A stretch of DNA of 64,000 nt from an uncultured Gammaproteobacteria bacterium (GCA_964535655.1 CAZHTP010000003.1:131396-195395); one strand, 5' to 3'. Counted from the first letter of the stretch, positions 1 through 10,969 are shown. Translations and numbers: made by a program. The notes: generated by a model from the letters alone, not told the origin.

Positions 1-698
1 AGTTTAGTAATACTTTGAGGTGCGAAATATTGAATGTGTTCCGGAATCATATTATAGTTGTAGTCTTTACCAAAAATTTTAAAAGCAAGAGAATCGGCAT
101 TGGGAACTTCAACTATTACCTTTCCATTTTTGTTTAGTTTAGAGTAAATTATTTTTAAATCGGCGAGTGGATTTTGAACATGCTCAAGTACATGCCACAT
201 TGTTACAGCATCGAAAGTATTATCTATCTTTACTAAATCAGCTATATAGCCCGAATAAACTCTATCTTTCCCGATTTTCTCGGACGAATTCTGAACTGCA
301 ACAGGATAGGGATCCATGCCAAACACACTGTACCCTTCTTTTTTTAAACTGCTTAAAAACTCTCCGTTTCCGCAACCGATATCTAACAGCTTGCAGTTTT
401 TTGTGATATTTTCTTTCGTAAAATCCTGATAAGAACTAAAGATTTTGAACTGAAATAATTTAGTAATTACTTTGTTTGATGGTTTTTCAGCTAATTCTTG
501 ATAATATTCTTCCTTTTGATATATTTTGTTTATTTCTTCTGGTGATAATTTAGGATCAAGCAGATAGTATCCACAGTTTGGGCAGGAATAGTATGTAAAA
601 AATTCGTTCTTAAAATCTGCTGGTCGTTGATTGGGTATATCCACTATTTTTCTAAAATCATTTGTAGACTCACATACTAGACAATGTAATTTTTTCAT
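1..698 (-). CDS. Class I SAM-dependent methyltransferase with N-terminal CxxC..CxxC zinc-ribbon (partial, runs off window start; absent from ORF track)
   Basis: Manual translation from ATG at 698: MKKLHCLVCES...YYSCPNCGYYLLDP...LLDIGCGNGEFL...MWHVLEH...IEVPNADS...IPEHIQYF; paralogous to 2782..3630. Confidence 0.9.
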   Translation of the reverse strand, partial: MKKLHCLVCESTNDFRKIVDIPNQRPADFKNEFFTYYSCPNCGYYLLDPKLSPEEINKIYQKEEYYQELAEKPSNKVITKLFQFKIFSSYQDFTKENITKNCKLLDIGCGNGEFLSSLKKEGYSVFGMDPYPVAVQNSSEKIGKDRVYSGYIADLVKIDNTFDAVTMWHVLEHVQNPLADLKIIYSKLNKNGKVIVEVPNADSLAFKIFGKDYNYNMIPEHIQYFAPQSITK

Positions 699-699
699 A

Positions 700-1755
700 T
701 TATTTAAACCTATTTAATTTCTCATTTGTATCTTTATAACAATTATGGAATATTTCTAATAAATTACCTTTAACCATAATGGAATCAAAGATTCTTTTAT
801 CTGAAAAACCTCGAATACTTTGCATATACTTACGCTCCCTGAGAGTTGAAGGTAAGGTTGTAACAAGCCAAACAAAGGCTACAGGTAAACTAATTATGGG
901 ATAGATATTTCCATTAATTAAATTGATACATGCTCGAGCTATAAGTAGCATAATCCCCTGCGGAAGATACCATATTAGATTGGCTAATTCGTAATTTTTA
1001 ATTAGCATTCGTAATACCCGTATAGAGGCCATTTCCTGTTGAATCTTAGTTACGCTTTTTTTTCGTATACTCCAAGGTTTAACTGTTACATGATAGGTTA
1101 TAGAGGTAGGAACACTGATAATTCTATTTCCACTAACCCAAATTCGCCAACCAAGTTCTATATCATCAATTCTATCCATTTCTTCGTCAAAACCTCGAAG
1201 TTTTTGTAAAACTGATTTACGAACAAAGGTACCAACTGCGCCCATACTTACTTCCTGGGATTGAACTTTATATTCAAATTCTTTTTCAGCAAAACCTACC
1301 GCGGAAACCCACCCAACCTGAGGAATCAATTTAAGCCCTACTGCTTGCAATAATTCGGGGTGATCGATGTCTCTTACCTTACCACTAACTCCTCCAATTG
1401 TACTATCTGATTCGAGAATTTTTATTGCTTCTATCATCCAGTTGTGATCAAATTTCATGTCGGTTTCTGCCAGAGCAATATATTTACCTTTAGTTACTTC
1501 AATTGCTCTATTTCTGCTACTTGTTAATCCCCGTTTTTGCAGGGTATTAATAATTTTTATCCGTGGTTCATGTAACTCGATTTGTGCGAGATATTCTTTT
1601 GATCCGTCGGTTGATCCATCATCAACTATAATTACCTCAAAGTTAGGATAATTAGTACTTAGAAGACTCTTAAGAAAATCTTCAATATATTCTCTGGTAT
1701 TATAGTTGGGGATTATAACGGAGACGAGTGGAGAAGTAGATTCAGTTATTGCCAT
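700..1755 (-). CDS. Glycosyltransferase family 2
   Basis: VSVIIPNYN, VDDGSTDGS, ETD (DxD variant), GFDEEM..DDIELGWR. Confidence 0.93.
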   Translation of the reverse strand: MAITESTSPLVSVIIPNYNTREYIEDFLKSLLSTNYPNFEVIIVDDGSTDGSKEYLAQIELHEPRIKIINTLQKRGLTSSRNRAIEVTKGKYIALAETDMKFDHNWMIEAIKILESDSTIGGVSGKVRDIDHPELLQAVGLKLIPQVGWVSAVGFAEKEFEYKVQSQEVSMGAVGTFVRKSVLQKLRGFDEEMDRIDDIELGWRIWVSGNRIISVPTSITYHVTVKPWSIRKKSVTKIQQEMASIRVLRMLIKNYELANLIWYLPQGIMLLIARACINLINGNIYPIISLPVAFVWLVTTLPSTLRERKYMQSIRGFSDKRIFDSIMVKGNLLEIFHNCYKDTNEKLNRFK

Positions 1756-1775
1756 AGTCGATGTCTTTTATATTA

Positions 1776-2789
1776 CTAGCTGAAATACTCTTTGTAAATT
1801 GAGAGTAAACTTTTTTTAGTAAATACTTTATCCATTATTGCCTTGTCCGTTGTTTTTCTTATTTTAGCCTGAATATTATTCCTTTCCTGCAAGGTATTAC
1901 TCATATTGGCAATAGTCCAAATTAATCCTTTTGTAGTGCCCTTAATCGCAGAGATGTCTCTACTTCGTAAAAGAAGTAGTGCTCGAATTATTAATATAGC
2001 TATTGCAACGGGCAAATAATATATAACATTCTGCCATTCATAATTTTTAAGGATACTACGCAGAGAATTTTTTGCCAGATGAAAATATATCTTTTCTTTT
2101 GTAGCAAACATTCCTTTACGATCTGCCACTTTTTTTGTCCAGTGGTATACCTTTGATTGAGGTGCAGAGATAATTTCATAACCACTTAACCATATCCGAA
2201 AAGAGAATTCTATGTCTTCGGTATAAACACCAAGTAATTCATCAAAACCACCTAATTTTTCGTACAAATCTTTTCGCACTGACATGGCCGCTGATAAGGC
2301 AATTATATTTGTATTAATCAGTGGCCGCTCATCAACTTTTTTACCAGCGTATAAAGGAATTCCCCAAAACGTATGCGGAATAAGATGTGTTCCAATTAAC
2401 TGGATACTATCGCGATTAAGAAAATCTATTAATGTACTCTGTACTCCTCCCACACTACCCTCGTTCAATAGCGGGGTAATTAATGGATCTAACCAGTCTT
2501 GGTCAACCTCGGTATCGTTATCCAGGAATATGAGGATATTGGTGGTTGCTCTGCTAACTGCATGATTTCTGGTTGCTGCAGCTCCGAGATTAGAAAGGTT
2601 CTGAAGTAATACTAGTCGTGAATCTGTTCTCTGTATTTCTCGAATATATTCGAGAGACGAATCTGTTGAACAATCATCGCAGATAATCAGCTCAAAGTCC
2701 CGATACGTACTTTTGAGAATGGAAGGGATACTAACTTCAAGAAATTTTCTCCCATTGTAAGTTGCGATAATAATTGAGATTTTATTCAT
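1776..2789 (-). CDS. Glycosyltransferase family 2
   Basis: ISIIIATYN, CDDCSTD, FLDNDT, GGFDE..EDIEFSFR. Confidence 0.93.
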   Translation of the reverse strand: MNKISIIIATYNGRKFLEVSIPSILKSTYRDFELIICDDCSTDSSLEYIREIQRTDSRLVLLQNLSNLGAAATRNHAVSRATTNILIFLDNDTEVDQDWLDPLITPLLNEGSVGGVQSTLIDFLNRDSIQLIGTHLIPHTFWGIPLYAGKKVDERPLINTNIIALSAAMSVRKDLYEKLGGFDELLGVYTEDIEFSFRIWLSGYEIISAPQSKVYHWTKKVADRKGMFATKEKIYFHLAKNSLRSILKNYEWQNVIYYLPVAIAILIIRALLLLRSRDISAIKGTTKGLIWTIANMSNTLQERNNIQAKIRKTTDKAIMDKVFTKKSLLSIYKEYFS

Positions 2790-3630
2790 AGGATTGCCAC
2801 ACCTGTCTCAGAATATCACCTTTTTTTTGTTGTGATGCTGTCCACTGGATTTGAATCGATTTAAGTTTATTGCGCATTGTGTTTGTTGTTGCTTTGGCAT
2901 AGAGAAAAGGCATTGCAAATGGAGTCTCGGAGATAATAACCTTAAACCGGTTTTGTTCTGCCAGATACCGAAGAGAACTATCACTCCAATACGTAACATG
3001 TTCGGGAATTGAAAACCAGGGATATTTATTACCTGTTCGCTTTAAAACTTCAGATTCAGCATTGGGGACTTCGATAATAAAATATCCAGAAGGGATCAAC
3101 TTCTCTTTAATGCTCAGAATAAAATGATTAGGATCGGGGTTATGTTCAAGAACATGCCAGGCTGTTATACAATCAAATTTATGAGTCCACGGGAGATTAG
3201 GTATATCTCCGCTAAAAATAGTATCCAATTGTAATCGCTTTTTGGCTAAACCTGCGGCATACTCACTCCATTCAGTACCATAGACATCGACATTTCTGTT
3301 TTTCATATCAAAGAGAAAACTTCCGTTTCCACACCCAACATCCAGTAACTTTTGTCCACTTTTACAATAATTTGTGGTTGTCGTGATTCGATTTTTTGAA
3401 AGTAAATTCATTACTTTAGTGGGGAGATTGTCCGAGACATTTTCATAGAGGTTGTAATTTTCATTGTAGATCTTGGTTAAAATATCTTGGCCCGGAAATG
3501 GTTCGAGCATCCAAAGCTTACAGTTATTACATTCAAAATAACGATAAAAAGGATTACCTACCTTGCGAGGATTGGGAATGCCTTCAAGCATGGTGTGACC
3601 ATCGGTTTTATTACATACTACACATTTCAT
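2782..3630 (-). CDS. Class I SAM-dependent methyltransferase with N-terminal zinc-ribbon
   Basis: CVVC...CNNC, LLDVGCGNG, WHVLEH, IEVPN. Confidence 0.9.
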   Translation of the reverse strand: MKCVVCNKTDGHTMLEGIPNPRKVGNPFYRYFECNNCKLWMLEPFPGQDILTKIYNENYNLYENVSDNLPTKVMNLLSKNRITTTTNYCKSGQKLLDVGCGNGSFLFDMKNRNVDVYGTEWSEYAAGLAKKRLQLDTIFSGDIPNLPWTHKFDCITAWHVLEHNPDPNHFILSIKEKLIPSGYFIIEVPNAESEVLKRTGNKYPWFSIPEHVTYWSDSSLRYLAEQNRFKVIISETPFAMPFLYAKATTNTMRNKLKSIQIQWTASQQKKGDILRQVWQSYE

Positions 3631-4508
3631 ATTTTTATTGTTAATCCTTCACCCACTCCTTTGAGAAAATCTCCAACGCCGGAGTATTTATGATATTTGA
3701 TTGCCAATTTAGAATAATACAAAAAAAACAGAGGGAGGAATATAAGAAAAACCATGAAGTGCGGACTATATTTGCGCATAAAAATAATTCTATTACGTGC
3801 AAGAAGTTTTGTCAGTTGTAAAAGTCGAATATTAGCTCGGTCTAAATCGTACGGTATTTTATGATAGGCAACCGCTTTTGGCGTGTAATATGTCTTGTAG
3901 CCTGCTTTTTTTACTCTTGTGCAATAATCGGTATCTTCATAGGAATGATAATAAATTGGGTCAAATATGCCTACTTTTTCAATTATCTCTTGCCTGGTTA
4001 AAAGTACTGCCGGTGCTACACCAACCTGAACAACTTGATCATACTGACCGACATCTTCTCCCCCTCGAAATAAATTCTGTCCGGTAGTTAAATTAATGTC
4101 TGTACCAGCAGACCAGATTATTTTCTTATTTTCCCAATAAAATATTTTTGGTGTGACGATGCCGATACTTGGATCGGATTCGGCTGTTTTCAGTAATTCT
4201 TCCAACATAGTAGGCTCGGCCACCATGTCGTGATCGAAAAAAAGTAAATAATCATAATCCGATGCCTGCTTAATGCCCTCATTTCTACCGCCAACAACAC
4301 CAGTATTGGTCGGAAGTTGAACCAATTGCATTAATCTGTTGGATGAATATTTTTGCGTTAAAAGATTAAAGGTTCCATCAGTTGAGGCATTGTCAATCAC
4401 TATTAGTTTAGCGCTCTTGACGGTTTGATTTAGAATAGAATCGATTGCTTCGCAAGCAGCTTCTTTTTGATTATAGGTAGGGATTATCGTAATAATTTTA
4501 TTTTCCAC
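3627..4508 (-). CDS. Glycosyltransferase family 2
   Basis: IIPTYN, IDNASTDG, FFDHD, YEDTDYC; GTG start 6 nt after TATAAT. Confidence 0.92.
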   Translation of the reverse strand: MENKIITIIPTYNQKEAACEAIDSILNQTVKSAKLIVIDNASTDGTFNLLTQKYSSNRLMQLVQLPTNTGVVGGRNEGIKQASDYDYLLFFDHDMVAEPTMLEELLKTAESDPSIGIVTPKIFYWENKKIIWSAGTDINLTTGQNLFRGGEDVGQYDQVVQVGVAPAVLLTRQEIIEKVGIFDPIYYHSYEDTDYCTRVKKAGYKTYYTPKAVAYHKIPYDLDRANIRLLQLTKLLARNRIIFMRKYSPHFMVFLIFLPLFFLYYSKLAIKYHKYSGVGDFLKGVGEGLTIKI

Positions 4509-4563
4509 GACTTGATTATACTATTTTAGTCGTTTATTATCATCCCACTTCAGGCTGAATTCT

Positions 4564-5121
4564 ATGCTTAAACAAAGGCTACGTTTTATTTTTTCCTCAA
4601 CACATATTTTTCCGTATCTTACTTTGTTTTTGATTTTAATTATTCTAACGTTAAGCGGTATATTTCTCTTCTATTTTTTTCTTAGGACAAAAAATAAATT
4701 GTTGCTATTGGGCGGTGGGGCACTCACCGGGGTCTTAGGTTTTTTGTTGTCACTTTTTTTACTTTCCTATGTGCTTAAACCTCCCTTTGGGATAGGCAAG
4801 GAACTCTTTATTCCGTAGGACGAAGTTACGCAAAACCTACCTGATGATGAAAATAGTTTTTATTCCCTAATGAAATCTATTCCTCAAAATTCGTCCGTGT
4901 ATGTTGATAATTTTGACTTCCCTGAGATTCGTCGAGGACTAATTTTGAGATTGTCACACACCAATTTATTATATGGCCCTGCCTATCTTCAAGCGGCACT
5001 GCAAAATCCAACTATAAAATACCTCTTTCTTAATCCTACCAACGTAACGGAACAAGTAATAGTAGCGTTTATATTCAAAGACAAAGTACGTGAAGTTGAG
5101 TTGTGGGAGATGAAGAATTAA
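4564..5121 (+). pseudogene. Membrane-protein remnant split by a single in-frame TAG (ORFs 4564..4818 and 4870..5121 share a frame)
   Basis: ...GAA CTC TTT ATT CCG TAG GAC GAA GTT... stays open to ATG 4870 and stop 5121; two TM segments then an IPQNSSVYV-type soluble tail. Confidence 0.55.
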
Positions 5122-6317
5122 TGACTATGCAAGTGTGCTAAGATACTTTCTGATCTTTTCCCCCAATCCCAGTCATTTTCTATTAAGTTTTTTGCTTGCT
5201 GTTGCACTTCTGCATACTTTTGCGGGTTAGTAATTAGTTCAACAATGGCATCGGCAAAAGCGGCAATATTACCAAAGGGAATTTTTATCATTCCTTGTGG
5301 ATAATATGTTTTTAATGCTTCAAGATCAAAGGAGATGGCGGGAATATCCCACGCCATGGCTTCTGCTGCCGCCATACCGCCACTATCGTAGACTGCAGGA
5401 TGGAGCGCAATTTTACTTTGCGAAAAATAGCGATATTTTTCTTCGCCGTCGAAAAGATAGCCCGTGAGAATAATATTTTTCTCTAAACCAAGAGAGTGCA
5501 CTTTTTCTTTTACTTCGGACATAAGTGGACCATCACCCATCATTACTAATTTTGCATTCGGCATGATGTCAGTAACTTTTTTCCAGATATCTATTAGCTC
5601 CAGAACACCTTTTTGCGGATGGAAACGTCCTAAGAAAACTGCCTCATATTTTTTGTCAACGATGCCAATTTTTTCTTTCCACTCGTTAATCTTTTGCAAA
5701 TCGACGCCACCTTTGATGATGAGGCAATGTCCCCGTTTGTCTTGAGAAGGAAAGCGCTTAGTGTCTGGATCGCTGGTGACAAAAATATATTCTGCATAAT
5801 TTTTGAAAAGCCAATAAATAGGTAGTTGTTGCATGAAATATACGATACCTTTTATGCTTGGTAGTTTAACTTTTCCTATTTCGGTGAATCCTTTAAAGGG
5901 ATTGGGGGCCGCGAGATAAAATGAACCAATTAGTTGCGCTTTCGGATAGCGGAATTTTAAAATAAGTGAAGGTATGGCATCCTGCCAAAAGTCCGAGCAT
6001 GAATAAATATAACTATGTTCTTCTGACAAGGGATATACCCGAGTGAACGCAAAATATACGCCTGAAAAAATACGATAAATATAGTTAATTATAAAGGGTA
6101 GTTTAGTTACCGGCCCAATAAACCATTTATTAAACGATATATTGGGCAGACTTTCAGTAATGCTTTCTCTCTTACACATTTCGTATCCATCTTCCCAGAC
6201 ACAAATCATTATCTTACTATTTTTATGTGACCAATTACGGGCAAGTTCCATAAAAATTCGATCAGAACCTGATAATCCTGAACCTACAGCAGCATTGGCA
6301 ATAAACACAAAGTTCAT
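5118..6317 (-). CDS. Glycosyltransferase family 4 (GT-B)
   Basis: GLSGSDR, FLGRFHPQKG, DSGGMAAAEAMA. Confidence 0.93.
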   Translation of the reverse strand: MNFVFIANAAVGSGLSGSDRIFMELARNWSHKNSKIMICVWEDGYEMCKRESITESLPNISFNKWFIGPVTKLPFIINYIYRIFSGVYFAFTRVYPLSEEHSYIYSCSDFWQDAIPSLILKFRYPKAQLIGSFYLAAPNPFKGFTEIGKVKLPSIKGIVYFMQQLPIYWLFKNYAEYIFVTSDPDTKRFPSQDKRGHCLIIKGGVDLQKINEWKEKIGIVDKKYEAVFLGRFHPQKGVLELIDIWKKVTDIMPNAKLVMMGDGPLMSEVKEKVHSLGLEKNIILTGYLFDGEEKYRYFSQSKIALHPAVYDSGGMAAAEAMAWDIPAISFDLEALKTYYPQGMIKIPFGNIAAFADAIVELITNPQKYAEVQQQAKNLIENDWDWGKRSESILAHLHSH

Positions 6318-7045
6318 ATTTTTTTGGCTTTCACTATTACAATGTAAGGAATTGATTCACTATCTTCTAATTTATAGGGAACAAGCTCTCCAGTGCAATT
6401 AATAAGTGTCTTGTAAGCCCGCCACATCTTTTGGACCGCCTTAGAGTTCGTCTTGCAGGCAATCCATCTCACCGATTGGATAATCTTCATGGAGGTACTC
6501 TCCTGGGCTACTATTTTCTCAATTTTGAAATGCTTACTTACAAGGTTTATGAACTGCTTTGTCGTAAATTCCTGGACATGAAAATGATTTGATGAAATCT
6601 CCCCTAAGGAAAACCCCATTATATCCGGACTTGAGATATATATTTCTCCATTTGACTTGAGAACTCTGGCCAGTTCTTTTAAATAGCTTTCTACTTTATC
6701 TATCGGTAAATGTTCAATAGTTTCAAAGGAAATAATTGTATCGAAGGTATTGTCCGGAAATTCAATCTGCGAGGCATCTCCTTGTTGAAAAATAATTTTT
6801 GGACTGACAAATTCTTTTTTGGCACTTTCGATGGCTTCATTTGAAATATCTATGCCAATTACCTGGCTTGCGGATTTTGCTAAAATATTACTTCCATACC
6901 CGGTTCCACAGGCAATATCTAAAACTTTAGTACCAACTCCCTCGCTCAGAGCAAATTGATACCGCTTTATATGTTGATTAATGGTTCCCTTATAAATCCA
7001 GGAAGTATTGTCTGGATGTATTCGTTCAAGAGGTTTGATCCACAT
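6314..7045 (-). CDS. Class I SAM-dependent methyltransferase
   Basis: HIKRYQFA, VLDIACGTGYG, FDTIISFETIEHL. Confidence 0.92.
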   Translation of the reverse strand: MWIKPLERIHPDNTSWIYKGTINQHIKRYQFALSEGVGTKVLDIACGTGYGSNILAKSASQVIGIDISNEAIESAKKEFVSPKIIFQQGDASQIEFPDNTFDTIISFETIEHLPIDKVESYLKELARVLKSNGEIYISSPDIMGFSLGEISSNHFHVQEFTTKQFINLVSKHFKIEKIVAQESTSMKIIQSVRWIACKTNSKAVQKMWRAYKTLINCTGELVPYKLEDSESIPYIVIVKAKKI

Positions 7046-7052
7046 AGGCGAA

Positions 7053-10000
7053 TTATATACGAAATCTTACCTCAATAGTATAGCTTCCTTTTTTATCTAT
7101 AGCCCAACTATTTGCATATTCGTATATTTTTGTATGCGACGTAAGAAGTTCCTTTCCGATACTGGCCTGCCAATTTTTATTAAATGTCTCTTTAAAGATT
7201 AACCTAAATGGACGATTACTGTCTTTAACTGTAACAGTATAAAACATTGGGGATTTTCTCTCGTATGAAATATTTATTCCCGCATCGGCAGTAATACGAG
7301 TATTTTTCTTCGCATCTGAATTAAGATATAATTCAAGATTTTTTTCTTCTTTTTCAAGTTTAATATTTGGATATAACTGCAATTTCTTTTTAACTTCTTC
7401 AGTTGAATCAACCCCAGTGGCTACTACACCATTATCCTTATGTAGAACAAGATATCTGACGTCCATTTCTTTTAACAATTCTTGGAAATTTTCTTTACCA
7501 AACGATTTGTATAATTGTAAATATTTTGAATCATAATAAGGCGTGCGGAGAATTTTAGAAATGGAAGGGTTATCGAAAAGGAATTCGCTCGGTTCTAATC
7601 CTGAATATTTACCGGTAGGCCATAGATACTCCATTCCGTCACCATTGACTATAGGCAAATGAACAATCCTACCATCAGAATGATCTTCACGTATCTTTTT
7701 ATTTATTATTTCATAGTCTATAGGAACTTTAACATGAGTATTTCCTACTCCTGCTCCATAAACAGTTCCTTTCCACATTGGCCAGACCAATATGCCAATA
7801 CACAGGAAAAATATTAAACCACTACTTACGAGAAGGATTGATCTATTTTTTATTCTAGAGAGGGCGATCTGCACACCAGCACCGAAAAATATTGCATAGG
7901 GAAAAAGAAATATGATCCCTGCCTTTTCATAAGAGTTCCGGAGAGACTGTGACGCTGGGATAGTTTGAAAAAGCCAAGAGAATAACTGTTCACCAAAAGG
8001 TGCATTGGTTCCTTTACTTATAATAAGTCCAAATACAAAAACTAAGAAAACAAATAGATATGACCTGTTTTTATGTAAGAAAAATACTCCCAATAAAACA
8101 AAAACCAATATTAGCCAGGAAATCCAATATGCTTCTGACGAGAGATACCAACCCCCATAATTGGTGGAAGAAAAAATAGCTGTTTGCCTTAATAAAAGAA
8201 TTTGAGATATCGGGAAAAACTGGCTTACTCCGGCCAAGGAACTTAAGTTTTCTTTTGATTGATTAATTGTTTCAAAAGAATTCGCCCCCATTTTAAGGTA
8301 TGGATATATCCACCAAGTGTTGGCAACAGTCCATCCTCCCCACGCTGCCACAGCTCTAGCAATTATTTTTCTGTTTTTCCCTAACGGAATTGTTAGGCTT
8401 GTGACGGTATAAATCCCGGCAATTAACCAGAGAACCAAAACTGCAGAGGGTTGCCCAAACGCATAGGAATATGGAATTGAGAGTAGCAAGAAAGAAAAAA
8501 AATATTTTTTCTGTCCCGTGGTTACCCACTCCATCCAGGTGAGTAAAAACCAAGGCAGATAAGCCCATAAAGTTGTTCCTGTTGTGAGTAGTCTCCCCCA
8601 AATTTGCGACATTGAATATATGTTGAGTAGGTAAAACAGCGCTATTATTAATGCCGCTTTTTCATCTTTTATGAGCTTTTTTGAAACAGCATACATCCCA
8701 CTTAAGCCAGAAATGAGAAGAAGCCAATAGATTATAGCCTGCGCTAAGAAAGGTTTTAAAAATGACGAAAAAAACCAGGCAATAAATAATAAAGGGACTC
8801 TTGGCTGGACAACTGGCATTGGGAAGCCAGTACCTGTTTCATACCATGGAGAGTTATATACCTGTATTATTCTTCCTGGATTAAAAAAAACGAGTGATTC
8901 TTCTCCACTTACTATTAACATTCTAGACCTAAACCAACTGATGCAAAGAATTGTAGCTAGCAGGAAAAAAATCGTATGAGGAGTTTGTAAGAAACTCACG
9001 ATCTGTTTATTATTTTTTTCAATTACATTTCCGGGAAGAATCTTTTCGTAATATATTGTAGGAACTTTTTCTTCATCGCTTGGAATAATTTCAGAAAACC
9101 TTTTTTTCTTTTGCACAAAGTACTCGAAATAAATGGAAAAAGGTTTTAAGAAATGTTCAGCAGGGTATTTTTTTTCTTGTTTATTAATTATCCTGCCTAA
9201 GATGATAGGAAGACCCTGTTTTAAGAAGATAGCATGCGCTTTGAGAACTGATCCTATATAAAAAAGCTGACCTTTTGTTAAATAGAATAGACAACTCACA
9301 TAATCCATCGCCATTCGAAGGGGGAGGACATAGAGTAAACGACTTATGGACATGTTTCTTGCAAGTAATAATAGATTATTTTTATGAACAAAGAAGACTT
9401 TTTTAGGTAAAATATCTTTTGAAGACCCTAAGCCTTTGTGATAAATAATAGATTTCGGAGCACAAACAATTTTATAGCCTAGATTTTTAATTCGCCAACA
9501 CAAATCTATCTCTTCATGATGGAAGAAAAAATCTGTTGGTAAAAGGCCGGTCTCAGCGAGGACGCTTTTACGTAGTAAAATGCAACTGCCGCTTGCCCAA
9601 AAGATTTCAACATTTGTGTTATATTGCCCCAGGTCTTTTTCCAGCTCAAAACCAACTCTTCCCCGAGCATATGGATATCCGAGCTTATCTATGTAACCTC
9701 CTGCGGCTCCGGCATACTCAAAATATTCTTGTTCGAAATATGAGCGGATTTTTGGCTGTAGTGCTGCTATTTTAGAGTCACTTTCAGCGACCTTTACCAG
9801 TTCATGAATCCAGTCTTTCTCGACTGTAGTGTCATTGTTAAGTAAAATTACGTACGGTGCATCAGACTCTTGAATTCCTCGATTGTTACCTTCGGCAAAT
9901 CCATAATTTATTTCATTGCGAATAATTTTTACTCTTGGATCCTTAAATTCTGATACTAATTTTGAAGCTTGATTCTCTTTCGATCCATTATCGATAACCA

Positions 10001-10103
10001 CAACTTCAAAATTGGGATAATCAGTTTTAAGAACAGAAGATATACACTCTCTTGTATCAAGTAGTCCGTTAAAATTTAAAATGATTACGGTTACTTTTGG
10101 CAT
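7053..10103 (-). CDS. Fusion protein: N-terminal GT2 plus polytopic GT-C-like membrane domain with YfhO-like C-terminus
   Basis: aa 1-340 GT2 (IILNFNG, IDNGS, LLNNDT, EEIDLCWR); about 10 TM helices after aa ~375; C-terminal FRLIFKETFNKNWQA..YEYANSW. Confidence 0.85.
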   Translation of the reverse strand: MPKVTVIILNFNGLLDTRECISSVLKTDYPNFEVVVIDNGSKENQASKLVSEFKDPRVKIIRNEINYGFAEGNNRGIQESDAPYVILLNNDTTVEKDWIHELVKVAESDSKIAALQPKIRSYFEQEYFEYAGAAGGYIDKLGYPYARGRVGFELEKDLGQYNTNVEIFWASGSCILLRKSVLAETGLLPTDFFFHHEEIDLCWRIKNLGYKIVCAPKSIIYHKGLGSSKDILPKKVFFVHKNNLLLLARNMSISRLLYVLPLRMAMDYVSCLFYLTKGQLFYIGSVLKAHAIFLKQGLPIILGRIINKQEKKYPAEHFLKPFSIYFEYFVQKKKRFSEIIPSDEEKVPTIYYEKILPGNVIEKNNKQIVSFLQTPHTIFFLLATILCISWFRSRMLIVSGEESLVFFNPGRIIQVYNSPWYETGTGFPMPVVQPRVPLLFIAWFFSSFLKPFLAQAIIYWLLLISGLSGMYAVSKKLIKDEKAALIIALFYLLNIYSMSQIWGRLLTTGTTLWAYLPWFLLTWMEWVTTGQKKYFFSFLLLSIPYSYAFGQPSAVLVLWLIAGIYTVTSLTIPLGKNRKIIARAVAAWGGWTVANTWWIYPYLKMGANSFETINQSKENLSSLAGVSQFFPISQILLLRQTAIFSSTNYGGWYLSSEAYWISWLILVFVLLGVFFLHKNRSYLFVFLVFVFGLIISKGTNAPFGEQLFSWLFQTIPASQSLRNSYEKAGIIFLFPYAIFFGAGVQIALSRIKNRSILLVSSGLIFFLCIGILVWPMWKGTVYGAGVGNTHVKVPIDYEIINKKIREDHSDGRIVHLPIVNGDGMEYLWPTGKYSGLEPSEFLFDNPSISKILRTPYYDSKYLQLYKSFGKENFQELLKEMDVRYLVLHKDNGVVATGVDSTEEVKKKLQLYPNIKLEKEEKNLELYLNSDAKKNTRITADAGINISYERKSPMFYTVTVKDSNRPFRLIFKETFNKNWQASIGKELLTSHTKIYEYANSWAIDKKGSYTIEVRFRI

Positions 10104-10930
10104 AATGCATAGAGGGAAACTGAAGAAGCAGATAAAGGAACTTTATCATTAGGCTTATCTACTGTTTTAAATATCCAAAACCCCAATCGAATCAGCAGCG
10201 GACGCTGGGGAGTTTTCTCAGTCTCAAATTTACTTACGGATTCTTTCATTTCAGGAGACATTTTTCCACCATATAAAAGTCTCGCCATTATATTTAAGAG
10301 ATAATGTTGAAAGGGCAAGGAATAGTGAGTGATAGCTTGTTGATCAAGTACTTTAAACTTATGCTCTTCGAGCTTTTTGCGCAATTCGTCAACCTGATAT
10401 AAACGTAAATGACCATACCAAATTCCAGCAAAGAAATCATCGAACGGACTGTGCTTGATGGGATGATGAAAGATATTTTGCATGATCCAATTTAATGGAT
10501 CCCAGAGAAAGGGAAAATTGTAATTAGGAACTGTCATCGCTAACAAACCACCTGGTGTTAATACTCTGTAGAGCTCATCAAATCCTTTGCTTTCCAGAGG
10601 AACGTGTTCCATAACTTCTGTAAGAATTATTTTATCGAAAGAGTTGGCAGGATAGGGTATCTGGTGTACTGATCCTTGATCAATTTGAATATTTTTATCT
10701 TTCAAATTTACCCGTGCAGAATTAAGGGCATTTTCATCAAAATCATATAGAGTGATTTTGGCTTCAGAGAGCTCTGATACTAACTTAGAATAGTAGCCAT
10801 CTCCTCCCCCTGCATCAAGAACTGAGTCGGAATCTTTAATATCTAATGCTGTGAGAATAGTGCGAGCTCTTCTCTTTAATGCCATATCTCCAACATTATC
10901 GAGCATTTTTTCAAGTTTTTGTGTGTTCAT
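10091..10930 (-). CDS. Class I SAM-dependent methyltransferase
   Basis: VLDAGGGDG, FDKIILTEVMEHV, LTPGG, GHLRLY. Confidence 0.9.
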   Translation of the reverse strand: MNTQKLEKMLDNVGDMALKRRARTILTALDIKDSDSVLDAGGGDGYYSKLVSELSEAKITLYDFDENALNSARVNLKDKNIQIDQGSVHQIPYPANSFDKIILTEVMEHVPLESKGFDELYRVLTPGGLLAMTVPNYNFPFLWDPLNWIMQNIFHHPIKHSPFDDFFAGIWYGHLRLYQVDELRKKLEEHKFKVLDQQAITHYSLPFQHYLLNIMARLLYGGKMSPEMKESVSKFETEKTPQRPLLIRLGFWIFKTVDKPNDKVPLSASSVSLYALCQK

Positions 10931-10969
10931 ACTATGTATTTGTACCTAAGTAGCTACTAAAATGCAAGC

